From assembly GCA_049974445.1 (NCBI GenBank), contig JBMFIT010000002.1, positions 1 through 55,219 of the forward strand: DNA of 55,219 nucleotides. The letters run 5' to 3'. Positions 47,805 through 55,219 of this stretch are shown here, one piece after another. Position 1 is the first letter of the stretch. Each line of letters starts with the position of its first letter. The position numbers and the translations under genes were made by a program. A model generated the notes under the pieces. It ran no database searches. It saw only the letters and a program-made list of their open reading frames with translations, and was not told the origin of the DNA. This stretch comes from Acidilobus sp. GTDB taxonomy: Archaea > Thermoproteota > Thermoprotei_A > Sulfolobales > Acidilobaceae.

Positions 47805-48167
47805 TTAAGCTTGGGGAGGGGACTGGGTCCCGCAGTATGAAGATATTATTACCTTTATCTTTGAAATGAGCTCATCCGTTATAGTAAGGCCCTCCTCGCC
47901 AGAAAGTATCAGGTTGATAAAACCGTCGTCCTGGGGGCACATATTTACGAGCTCGACCGCCACATGCTCGTTAAGCCCGGCCTCAAGGAGAGACTCAACG
48001 GCCTTCCTAGCTGCCGCAGACTCTCTTTGCCCGAACATCTTGAGGAATTCCCATGTCCTCTCCTGGATTGGGTTTATAGAGCCCCCTGACTCGTTTAGCC
48101 TCCTCTCGAGGACCTCACGGGCCTCAGAGTACGTCAGGTATTTTCGAGACTCTATTTTCCTGAACAT
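47805..48167 (-). CDS. rpo4: RNA polymerase subunit Rpo4 (F)
   Basis: YLTYSEAREVL, QERTWEFL, LVNMCP; follows rpl21e. Confidence 0.88.
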   Translation of the reverse strand: MFRKIESRKYLTYSEAREVLERRLNESGGSINPIQERTWEFLKMFGQRESAAARKAVESLLEAGLNEHVAVELVNMCPQDDGFINLILSGEEGLTITDELISKIKVIISSYCGTQSPPQA

Positions 48168-48181
48168 GCGCCCGACCCTCG

Positions 48182-48481
48182 CTATGAGGCGAGAGGCCTG
48201 AGGTGGGCAGGGTAGGTTATGATTGTCTTCTCCTTATCGCCCAGCGTTACCTTTACTACATAAGCCCTTCCTCTTCTCCCAACTATTACGCCCGTTAATC
48301 CATGGTACCTCCTGTGAGGCATCCCGTCATGATATGAGGGGTTGATTATTATGGCAACCCTATCCCCTTCCTTGTAGGGGTAGAACATAACGCTTGTTCT
48401 TGGTATTGCCCCCCTCTCCCTGACGTGCTTTTTCAGCAGCCTCCTTGTCCTATGCCTGTAGCCCCTTGGCGCCCTAACCAA
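48182..48481 (-). CDS. rpl21e: 50S ribosomal protein eL21
   Basis: GYRHRTR, GMPHRRYHGLTG, PAHLRP. Confidence 0.97.
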   Translation of the reverse strand: MVRAPRGYRHRTRRLLKKHVRERGAIPRTSVMFYPYKEGDRVAIIINPSYHDGMPHRRYHGLTGVIVGRRGRAYVVKVTLGDKEKTIITYPAHLRPLAS

Positions 48482-48539
48482 GTCTTTACACCTCTCCTTG
48501 ACGTTTAAGGCGCAATTTAAAAGCGTTCAATAGACTCCT

Positions 48540-48833
48540 TCACCCTACCAAGAGCCTAATTGGTATGACCTGCGTCCTGCCAGCAGGCATGTGCCTAACT
48601 ATTGAAAGGGGCAGCAGCCCATGATCAAGCTCATACCTAGCTATATCTAATGGATCCTTCTTGATCCCTAAAGCCTCCACGTCAACCATTGGGAAAGCCC
48701 CATAGTCGAGCTGGAGGGCCCTGAGGCCTATTATCTTAGCCCTTTCATACTTAGTGAGTAAGGGTGGACCTACCTTGATCTCCTCCTTTGTCACCGGGTA
48801 CAGCTTTATCTCCTGGGCACACATAGCGACCAT
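48540..48833 (-). CDS. rpo6: RNA polymerase subunit Rpo6 (K)
   Basis: [33 protein letters not shown]. Confidence 0.95.
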   Translation of the reverse strand: MVAMCAQEIKLYPVTKEEIKVGPPLLTKYERAKIIGLRALQLDYGAFPMVDVEALGIKKDPLDIARYELDHGLLPLSIVRHMPAGRTQVIPIRLLVG

Positions 48834-48909
48834 CCTTTAGCGAAGGTGGTGATGTCTCAAAAGTATTTAAGTTTAGCAGACAAGCGGGTGAAAGCATCGG
48901 GGTCCCGCA

Positions 48910-49269
48910 GTGAGCGCTGAGGAAGAGCGGTCTGAGGAGGCCGAGGGGAACGGGGAGGCCACGGAGGGGTCTACGGAGGAGAAGACAGAGAGCGAAGTGG
49001 AGGCCGTCGCTGCCGAGTATAGGTTAGGAAGCCCCGAGTTAATCGAGGTTATGCTTAACGCATTTGACGTCCTAGAGCAGGCCAGCGAGGGCAGGATCTC
49101 TATTGACCAGGCCAAGGCGCTTATGTTCGAGAACGTCGACGAAGCGCTCAAGAAGGCGGGAGAGGCTGTCAGAAAGAGGGCGAGGCGCAGACCTGCTAAG
49201 AAAACCGAGAAGAAGTCTCAGCGGCGTAAGAAGGCCGCAAAGTCTTCAAAGAAGAAGGCCGCTAGCTGA
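48910..49269 (+). CDS. rpo13: RNA polymerase subunit Rpo13
   Basis: Acidic N-tail, helical core with GRISIDQAK (cf. GKISVDEAK in Sulfolobales Rpo13), Lys/Arg-rich C-tail. Confidence 0.75.
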   Translation: MSAEEERSEEAEGNGEATEGSTEEKTESEVEAVAAEYRLGSPELIEVMLNAFDVLEQASEGRISIDQAKALMFENVDEALKKAGEAVRKRARRRPAKKTEKKSQRRKKAAKSSKKKAAS

Positions 49270-49273
49270 CCAC

Positions 49274-49678
49274 TCAGCTGCCTGAGAGCAGCTCTGACAT
49301 GTTGTGCCTTACCAAGTTGACTTCATAGCCTAAGTCTTTCAACACGGCGATTATCACGTCCTCACTAACCCTCCTATCGAAGGTTACAGTCACCTCCTTC
49401 TCGCTGTCTCTCCTGATTAGCTTAAGGCTGTCAACGACGACGGCCCCCCTTATCATGTCACCAATGTCCTTATCTGGCACGACGTAGTCCTTGAACTTCT
49501 TTTCTTGGAACTCATAGAACTCGTCAAAGTTCCTGACGATCCTTAGCGCCTCTATAACGTCCTTCGATTCCACATTAAGCCTCCTGCTAACCTCAACTAT
49601 TAGCCTCTCAGCGACGTCGAGTGGTACAGTTGCGCTCTTGTACTTGCCCATGTCAATCTCAAGCGTCACGGAGGGCAT
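49274..49678 (-). CDS. Hypothetical protein
   Basis: 134-aa ORF with strongly host-like codon usage. Confidence 0.75.
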   Translation of the reverse strand: MPSVTLEIDMGKYKSATVPLDVAERLIVEVSRRLNVESKDVIEALRIVRNFDEFYEFQEKKFKDYVVPDKDIGDMIRGAVVVDSLKLIRRDSEKEVTVTFDRRVSEDVIIAVLKDLGYEVNLVRHNMSELLSGS

Positions 49679-49740
49679 CGGACTCTCCCAGGAGCCTGTA
49701 ACACTCCAAGCTTAAAGCCTGAAGGCTCTCAGATGGTACA

Positions 49741-49797
49741 GGCCGATGATGTAGGTTAAAAGCCGTGAACGGTGAACGGGGCCAGGCGGCTGAGGTC
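49741..49797 (+). ncRNA. Box C/D guide sRNA predicted to methylate U34 of tRNA-Lys(UUU)
   Basis: GGCC-g-ATGATGT(C)-aggttaaaagcc-GTGA(D')-acg-GTGAACG(C')-gggccaggcgg-CTGA(D)-GGTC; 4-bp terminal stem; CTTAAAG about 25 nt upstream. Confidence 0.78.
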
Positions 49798-49806
49798 GGT
49801 TACCCC

Positions 49807-50493
49807 TTGACGGTAAGGGCACCAATAGTCGTTAAGCTGAGCGGCTCTCTTGTGTACCCTCTATCCCAGTCCTACCTCTGGAGGCTGAGGGCCGCAATAG
49901 AGTCGTTGGTGAGGGAGCGGGTGAGGGTTGGCCTAGTCGTAGGTGGCGGACCAATAGCAAGGGACTTGATAACGCCGCTTAGATCGCTCGGCGTCCCGGA
50001 GTCGCTCCTCGACGAGGTTGGCATTGAGGCCGCGAACCTTAACGCTTTGGCCGTTTCCCTCGCCCTTTACCCCCTTGCCCTCCCGCAGGTTCCCAGGGAC
50101 GTAAGGGACGCTGTGAGGATCTCCTTGGAGGGCCTGGTGCCGGTGATGGGCGGGCTCCAGCCTGGGCAAAGCACTAACGCGGTCGCAGCTGTTATGGCTG
50201 AGGCCCTCGGAGCCAAGCTACTCATCAACCTCCTCAGTGGTGTTGATGGGGTGTATACCGGTAGGCCCGGGGGGCCAGACTCGAGAAGGCTTGAGAGTCT
50301 TACCTATAATGAGCTTGAGCGTATAGTACTTGACAAGAGTCAGACTGCCGGGACCTACGAGCTCTTCGACCACGTAGCCTTAGGCGTAGTCAGGAGAAGC
50401 AGGATAACCCTCGTCTTTGTGAACGGCGGGGACCCCGATGTAATAGTTAAAATAGCAAAGGGTGAGAGGATAGGGTCCTGGGTCACGCCTTAG
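49807..50493 (+). CDS. pyrH: Uridylate kinase
   Basis: [34 protein letters not shown]; TTG 49807 preferred because the ORF-track GTG 49765 lies within the sRNA D' box. Confidence 0.92.
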   Translation: MTVRAPIVVKLSGSLVYPLSQSYLWRLRAAIESLVRERVRVGLVVGGGPIARDLITPLRSLGVPESLLDEVGIEAANLNALAVSLALYPLALPQVPRDVRDAVRISLEGLVPVMGGLQPGQSTNAVAAVMAEALGAKLLINLLSGVDGVYTGRPGGPDSRRLESLTYNELERIVLDKSQTAGTYELFDHVALGVVRRSRITLVFVNGGDPDVIVKIAKGERIGSWVTP

Positions 50494-51895
50494 CCTGGGC
50501 GCTGTACTTCGGGTGATACTTCTTTATCATCTCCTCCTTTATGTTGGTCAGCTCTTCCTCGGGCAGCTCTGACAGGATCTCCCAAGCCAGGTCAAGTGTC
50601 TGCTCAATGCTCCTGTTCTCCCTTATGCCCTGACCAAGGAACCTCTTCTCAAAGGAGTCAGCGAACCGCAGGTACTTCCTGTCAACCTCGCTCAGGCTCT
50701 CCTCCCCTACAACGGCAGCCAGGCTCCTCAGCTCGACACCTCTGCTGTAGGCAGCGTAGAGCTGGTCGCTCACCTGGGCATGGTCTTCCCTAGTCTTGCC
50801 AGACCCGATGCCCTCCTTCATCAACCTCGACAGGCTCATGAGGACATTGATTGGGGGGTATATGCCCCTGTTGTACAGGTCCCTGCTTAGAACTATTTGA
50901 CCCTCAGTAATGTAACCTGTGAGGTCAGGTATCGGGTGAGTTATGTCGTCATTTGGCATCGTCAGTATAGGCATCTGCGTTATGCTGCCCTTCCTGCCAT
51001 GAACTCTGCCTGCCCTCTCGTAAATGCTGGCCAAGTCGCTGTACATGTAACCGGGGTATCCCTGCCTTCCAGGGACCTCCTCCCTGGCTGCGCTGATCTC
51101 CCTCAAGGCCTCGGCGTAGTTAGTCATGTCGGTAAGTATGACAAGCACGTGCATGTCCCTCTCATACGCAAGGTACTCCGCCAAGGTGAGCGCGGCCCTG
51201 GGCGCGACAAGTCTTAGCATAGCAGGCTCATTGGCCAAGTTAACAAACATCGCAACCCTCTTCATGGCACCTGTCTCCTCGAAGAACTTCCTAAAGAACA
51301 TGAAGTCATCATATTTTATCCCTATCGCCGCGAAGACCACGCTGAACTCCTCCTCTTCACCCCTTACCGTCGCCTGCCTCGCGATCTGTGCGGCGAGCAC
51401 ATTATGGGGAAGCCCGCTTCCACTGAATATCGGCAGCTTCTGCCCTCTCACCAGCGTGTTCATGCCGTCTATCGCGCTGACACCGGTCTGAATGAAGTCC
51501 TCAGGGTATGCCCTTACGGCAGGGTTTATTGGGGCCCCGTTAATGTCATACTTCTCCTCAGCGATTATCTCCGGCCCTCCGTCAACAGGCTTACCAAGCG
51601 CGTCGAAGATCCTGCCCAACATATCATCAGAGACCGGCATCTCAAGCGTCCTGCCTAAGAACCTGATCTTAGTCCCTATTGTTGATATCCCCGTAGTTCC
51701 TTCAAACACCTGTACGACGGCGGTATTCCTAGTGACCTCAAGGACCCTCCCCCTTCTCCTCCCACCGTTGTTAAGCTCAACCTCGACGACCTCGTCATAA
51801 GCAACCCTGCTAACACCTTCAACTACCAGAAGCGGGCCCCTAATTTCAGATACCTTGCTGTACTCCTTGATACCAACTATGCTCATGCTAGCCAC
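50483..51895 (-). CDS. atpB: A/V-type ATP synthase subunit B
   Basis: [43 protein letters not shown]. Confidence 0.98.
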   Translation of the reverse strand: MASMSIVGIKEYSKVSEIRGPLLVVEGVSRVAYDEVVEVELNNGGRRRGRVLEVTRNTAVVQVFEGTTGISTIGTKIRFLGRTLEMPVSDDMLGRIFDALGKPVDGGPEIIAEEKYDINGAPINPAVRAYPEDFIQTGVSAIDGMNTLVRGQKLPIFSGSGLPHNVLAAQIARQATVRGEEEEFSVVFAAIGIKYDDFMFFRKFFEETGAMKRVAMFVNLANEPAMLRLVAPRAALTLAEYLAYERDMHVLVILTDMTNYAEALREISAAREEVPGRQGYPGYMYSDLASIYERAGRVHGRKGSITQMPILTMPNDDITHPIPDLTGYITEGQIVLSRDLYNRGIYPPINVLMSLSRLMKEGIGSGKTREDHAQVSDQLYAAYSRGVELRSLAAVVGEESLSEVDRKYLRFADSFEKRFLGQGIRENRSIEQTLDLAWEILSELPEEELTNIKEEMIKKYHPKYSAQAKA

Positions 51896-53687
51896 CTCCG
51901 GCCTTATTTATGGCCTTAACCACGGTCGCCGTAAGCTTCTCTATGTCCTCAATCCTGTCATTCGGTATCGTGAATCTCGCCTTCACCATGTCCGTGTAAA
52001 GCCTCCCTACAGACTCCCTTATCTTTGCTACGGTCACGTTCCTCTTAACAGCCTCAGTGGCAGCGCTGTAGAACTCGACGAACATCTTCATCATCGCCAC
52101 CTGCTTCTTTGGCGTTGTGAACGTGTCAATTGGGTCGAAGGCGTTCTGTTTGAGGAGGCCGTCCTTTATCAGCCTGGCGGTCTCAAGGACTAACTTGTCC
52201 TGCTCGCTCAGGCCCTCAGTGCCTATTAGCCTCACGATCTCCCTTAGCTCGTTCTCCCTTAGGAGGACGTCCATTATGACCCTCCTGTACTCAGCCCAAT
52301 TCTCGTCGACGTTCTTTCTCCACCATCCCTCAACTGTTTCTGCGTAAGCGCTGTAGCTTGTTATCCAGTTAATCGCTGGGTAGTGCCTGCTGTAGGCAAG
52401 GGCCGTGTCGAGGGCCCAGAAAACCTTAGTGAACCTCCTCGTGTGGGTCGTGACGGGCTCGGTGAAGTCTCCGCCTGGCGGGCTGACGGCGCCTATCACG
52501 GTGGCGCTGCCATTTCTGTCTGGCCTCCCAAGGGTCCTGACACGGCCTGCCCTCTCGTAGAACTCGGCAAGCCTTGTGGCCAGATAGCTCGGGTAACCCT
52601 CCTCCGCTGGCATCTCCTCAAGCCTGCCCGCTATTTCCCTGAGCGCCTCGGCCCACCTGCTGGTGGAGTCGGCGACGAGAAGGACGTCATAGCCCATGTC
52701 CCTGTAGTACTCGGCCATCGTTATACCAACGTAAATGCTCGCTTCTCTCGCTGCGACAGGCATGTTGCTGGTGTTGGCTATCAGTATAGTTCTCTCCATC
52801 AAGGGCCTGCCTGTCCATGGGTCCTTATAGGTTGGGAACCTCTCTAGGACCTCCGTCATCTCGTTGCCCCTTTCGCCACATCCTATGTAAACGATTACGT
52901 TCGCCGAGGACCACTGGGCCAGGCTATGTAGGGTCACAGTCTTGCCCGTGCCGAAGCCACCAGGTATCATGCCAGTGCCTCCCTTGGCCATTGGGAACAG
53001 TAGGTCGATTATCCTCATCCCCGTTATGAGGGGCTCTGTTGGATCAAGCTTCAGCGAGTAAGGCCTCGGCACTCTGACAGGCCAGCGGTGAGCAAGGAAG
53101 ACCTCCCTAGCCTCGCCACCACCAATGTCTACTTCTGCTATTGGGTCAGTGATTGTGTAGTCGCCCTCTGGCGCGATCCACTTCAAGACACCGTTGATAT
53201 CCGGGGGTATCATCACCTTGTTGACGACAAGTGGGGTCTCCTGTACGATACCAATTATATCGCCCCCTGTTATCTTATCACCTATCTTAACAGACTCGCT
53301 TGGTGTAAAGCGCCACCTCTTATCCCTTGGAATTGATGGAACGCTCACGCCCCTCTCGACGAAGATGCTCCTGGCGGGGTTCGCCTTGGCTACCTGCTGC
53401 GCGATAAGCGGAAGAGGCCTCTGTACGCCATCGAAGATGCTCCCTATGAGACCTGGTCCCAGCTCGACGCTCAATGGAGCGCCTGTGCCCTCAACGGGCT
53501 CGCCAGGCCTGAGACCGCCTGTGGACTCATAGACCTGAACGTAGGCCGTGTCGCCCCTTATCCTCGTGACCTCTCCGATGAGACCAACCTCACCAACCTT
53601 CACCATTTCATACATCTGAACTCCACTCATGCCATCAGCTACTATGAGGGGCCCCGAGATCCTTACTATCCTCCCCCTGACAGGCAC
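51888..53687 (-). CDS. atpA: A/V-type ATP synthase subunit A (no intein)
   Basis: [37 protein letters not shown]. Confidence 0.98.
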   Translation of the reverse strand: MPVRGRIVRISGPLIVADGMSGVQMYEMVKVGEVGLIGEVTRIRGDTAYVQVYESTGGLRPGEPVEGTGAPLSVELGPGLIGSIFDGVQRPLPLIAQQVAKANPARSIFVERGVSVPSIPRDKRWRFTPSESVKIGDKITGGDIIGIVQETPLVVNKVMIPPDINGVLKWIAPEGDYTITDPIAEVDIGGGEAREVFLAHRWPVRVPRPYSLKLDPTEPLITGMRIIDLLFPMAKGGTGMIPGGFGTGKTVTLHSLAQWSSANVIVYIGCGERGNEMTEVLERFPTYKDPWTGRPLMERTILIANTSNMPVAAREASIYVGITMAEYYRDMGYDVLLVADSTSRWAEALREIAGRLEEMPAEEGYPSYLATRLAEFYERAGRVRTLGRPDRNGSATVIGAVSPPGGDFTEPVTTHTRRFTKVFWALDTALAYSRHYPAINWITSYSAYAETVEGWWRKNVDENWAEYRRVIMDVLLRENELREIVRLIGTEGLSEQDKLVLETARLIKDGLLKQNAFDPIDTFTTPKKQVAMMKMFVEFYSAATEAVKRNVTVAKIRESVGRLYTDMVKARFTIPNDRIEDIEKLTATVVKAINKAGGG

Positions 53688-53688
53688 C

Positions 53689-54288
53689 TCAGGCCACCTC
53701 GAAGAGTCCCCTTGAGGCCAATCCCCTCAGCAGGGTCTCGTTCTCCTTAACTATTTGGTCGATCGTGTAGTCAAGCCTCGCTGTACCGTCCTTTGAGGTT
53801 GCCACTACCCCACCCACCACCATAGCCGGCTCGTCCGAAAGCTCCAAGCCTCTATAACCCTTTATCAACTCCCTAACAAGAGGCTGGTCCTCAGGGGCAC
53901 ACCTAATGATGAAACCCCCGTACTGCTCACTCTCCGTTGAAAGGGCCTCAAACACCCTCTTCAGGAACTTGACGTACCACTCCCCCCTGTCAGACTTGAG
54001 CCTCCTTATGACCTCCTCCATTACCTTGCTCGACTCCTCTGCCTTTATCGACTCCTCCTTCAGCTTGACCTGTAGGTCCGCCTCAGCTGCCTTGCTTCTA
54101 AGGAGCTCGCTCAGATCCTCCGCCTTGCGCTCAATAGCTGCCCTCATCTCTTCTAGCGCCTTGTTATAGGAGCTCGTCAGGAGCTTCAGGGCCGCTGACA
54201 GCGCCTCCTCAAGCTGCGAGTCCAGCTGATTAATCGCCTTGCCCGTGACGGCATCAGCTACCTTACTAGGGTCACCGCTGACGCTCAT
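53689..54288 (-). CDS. atpE: A/V-type ATP synthase subunit E
   Basis: Coiled-coil N-terminus, VGGVVA...DG...DYT; lies directly upstream of subunit A. Confidence 0.85.
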   Translation of the reverse strand: MSVSGDPSKVADAVTGKAINQLDSQLEEALSAALKLLTSSYNKALEEMRAAIERKAEDLSELLRSKAAEADLQVKLKEESIKAEESSKVMEEVIRRLKSDRGEWYVKFLKRVFEALSTESEQYGGFIIRCAPEDQPLVRELIKGYRGLELSDEPAMVVGGVVATSKDGTARLDYTIDQIVKENETLLRGLASRGLFEVA

Positions 54289-54292
54289 GGGC

Positions 54293-54598
54293 TCACCCAA
54301 GGCCAAGCGCTTGGGCCAATAACATCTCGATATTTATGGGCTCCGCCTTGGACCATTTCGTCGGTAAGGTGAGCAGGACTGCGCCTCCCTCACTTGCGAT
54401 TCGCCTTAACTTCTCCTCGTCAGTAACTATGTGCTTTAGCACGACTATTAGGCTATAGCCCTGCTGAACGCCCTTTCTCACAACCTCCTCGGCCTCCGCT
54501 TGACTTGAGGCTGGCATAACTGACAGCCCTATCATCCTGAAAAGCGGCAGGCTCTGTTCATCTCCGATTACAAGAACCTTAGTCTCACTAGCCGACAA
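54293..54598 (-). CDS. atpF: A/V-type ATP synthase subunit F
   Basis: KVLVIGD...FRMIGL...ALG; TTG 54598. Confidence 0.85.
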   Translation of the reverse strand: MSASETKVLVIGDEQSLPLFRMIGLSVMPASSQAEAEEVVRKGVQQGYSLIVVLKHIVTDEEKLRRIASEGGAVLLTLPTKWSKAEPINIEMLLAQALGLG

Positions 54599-54729
54599 AC
54601 TGCATCCTTTCGCCAAACAGGCGAGCCGTTTTTTAAGCTGTGGGTTTTTGAGGAGCAGGCCAAGGCGCCCTGGGCTAAGCCCTTGCAGGCCTTATTAACC
54701 CATGCTAAGGTCCCTAGGCGGGGCCTCTA

Positions 54730-55219
54730 GTGATAGTCTCAAACAAGCTCGAAGAGGTGCTGATAACGGTTCCAAACGAGTGCTACGATAGGGCCCTCGC
54801 AGCTCTCGCCAACACCAGCATGATCCACGTTGAGGAACCACCGGGGGAGCTTAAAGACTACCTCAACAGGGCATACAGGAAGGTCGCCCTTGAGGCCACT
54901 GAGAAGAGGTCTAAGCTTGAGGGCATATTCAAGACCATAGGCGTTGACCCGGTCCCCACTGGCGTCGTCGAGGTCAAGGTAAGGGACTGGGAGGAGGCCT
55001 TCCATGAGGTAGTTAAGTCAAATGCCGATCTTGAGGTCAAGGCGGAGAGGGCCGCCTCCAGGATAGCCGAGCTTAACGCCAGGAGCTCTGAGCTCCAGGC
55101 TCTGTTGTCGCTCCTCTCGCCTCTTTCCGACATAACTGCTGATATCAGGGCAGCTCTTAACAGCTCGCACGTTAAGGCCGCCGTCGGGGCTGTCAGCGCC
55201 TCCCTCTTGCCCAACGCAC
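54730..55219 (+). CDS. atpI: Probable A/V-type ATP synthase subunit I, N-terminal part (truncated by the window edge)
   Basis: Read manually: GTG-IVSNKLEEVLITVPNECYDRALAALANTSMIHVEE... open to the window end; beta-alpha-beta start followed by coiled coil; TTATTAA upstream. Confidence 0.7.
   Translation, partial: MIVSNKLEEVLITVPNECYDRALAALANTSMIHVEEPPGELKDYLNRAYRKVALEATEKRSKLEGIFKTIGVDPVPTGVVEVKVRDWEEAFHEVVKSNADLEVKAERAASRIAELNARSSELQALLSLLSPLSDITADIRAALNSSHVKAAVGAVSASLLPNA

Noticed and set aside
54739-55214. Minus-strand ORFs 54739..55005 and 54858..55214
   Set aside because: Antisense shadows of the plus-strand CDS starting at 54730.
1-55219. CRISPR arrays, transposases, and the many short antisense or alternate-frame ORFs
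   Set aside because: No regularly spaced repeats or IS features seen; the short ORFs are shadows of well-supported genes in GC-rich DNA.

Overview
Dense archaeal core-genome window, most consistent with a Thermoproteota (crenarchaeal) genome of the Acidilobales/Desulfurococcales type. Evidence: Rpo13, eL38, a stand-alone 5S rRNA, frequent TTG/GTG starts and TATA-like boxes about 25 nt upstream of leaderless genes. It holds about 55 CDSs, including radA, gatCAB, aspS, TFS, ksgA, ABCE1, thermosome alpha, an Lhr helicase, class II RNR, topA, rpo4/6/13, rpl21e, pyrH and A-type ATPase subunits, plus 5S rRNA and tRNA-Glu(CUC). I found no CRISPR array, transposase, integrase or intein. The most interesting signals are absent from the ORF track. 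(1) Three candidate box C/D guide sRNAs: one predicted to direct wobble U34 2'-O-methylation of tRNA-Lys(UUU), and two predicted against 23S rRNA that share an unusual GAUAG-RUGCUGA C' element. (2) Two normally essential genes (gatC and signal peptidase I) have no canonical in-frame start, with ATA and ACG as candidates; gatC also has an in-frame amber codon. (3) An exact 47-nt duplication links the two ABC signature motifs of ABCE1. (4) A probably catalytically dead TtuA/Ncs6 paralog resembles eukaryotic Ctu2. (5) Gene order suggests a ~26 kb inversion. All family calls come from motif recognition by eye, not from database searches.
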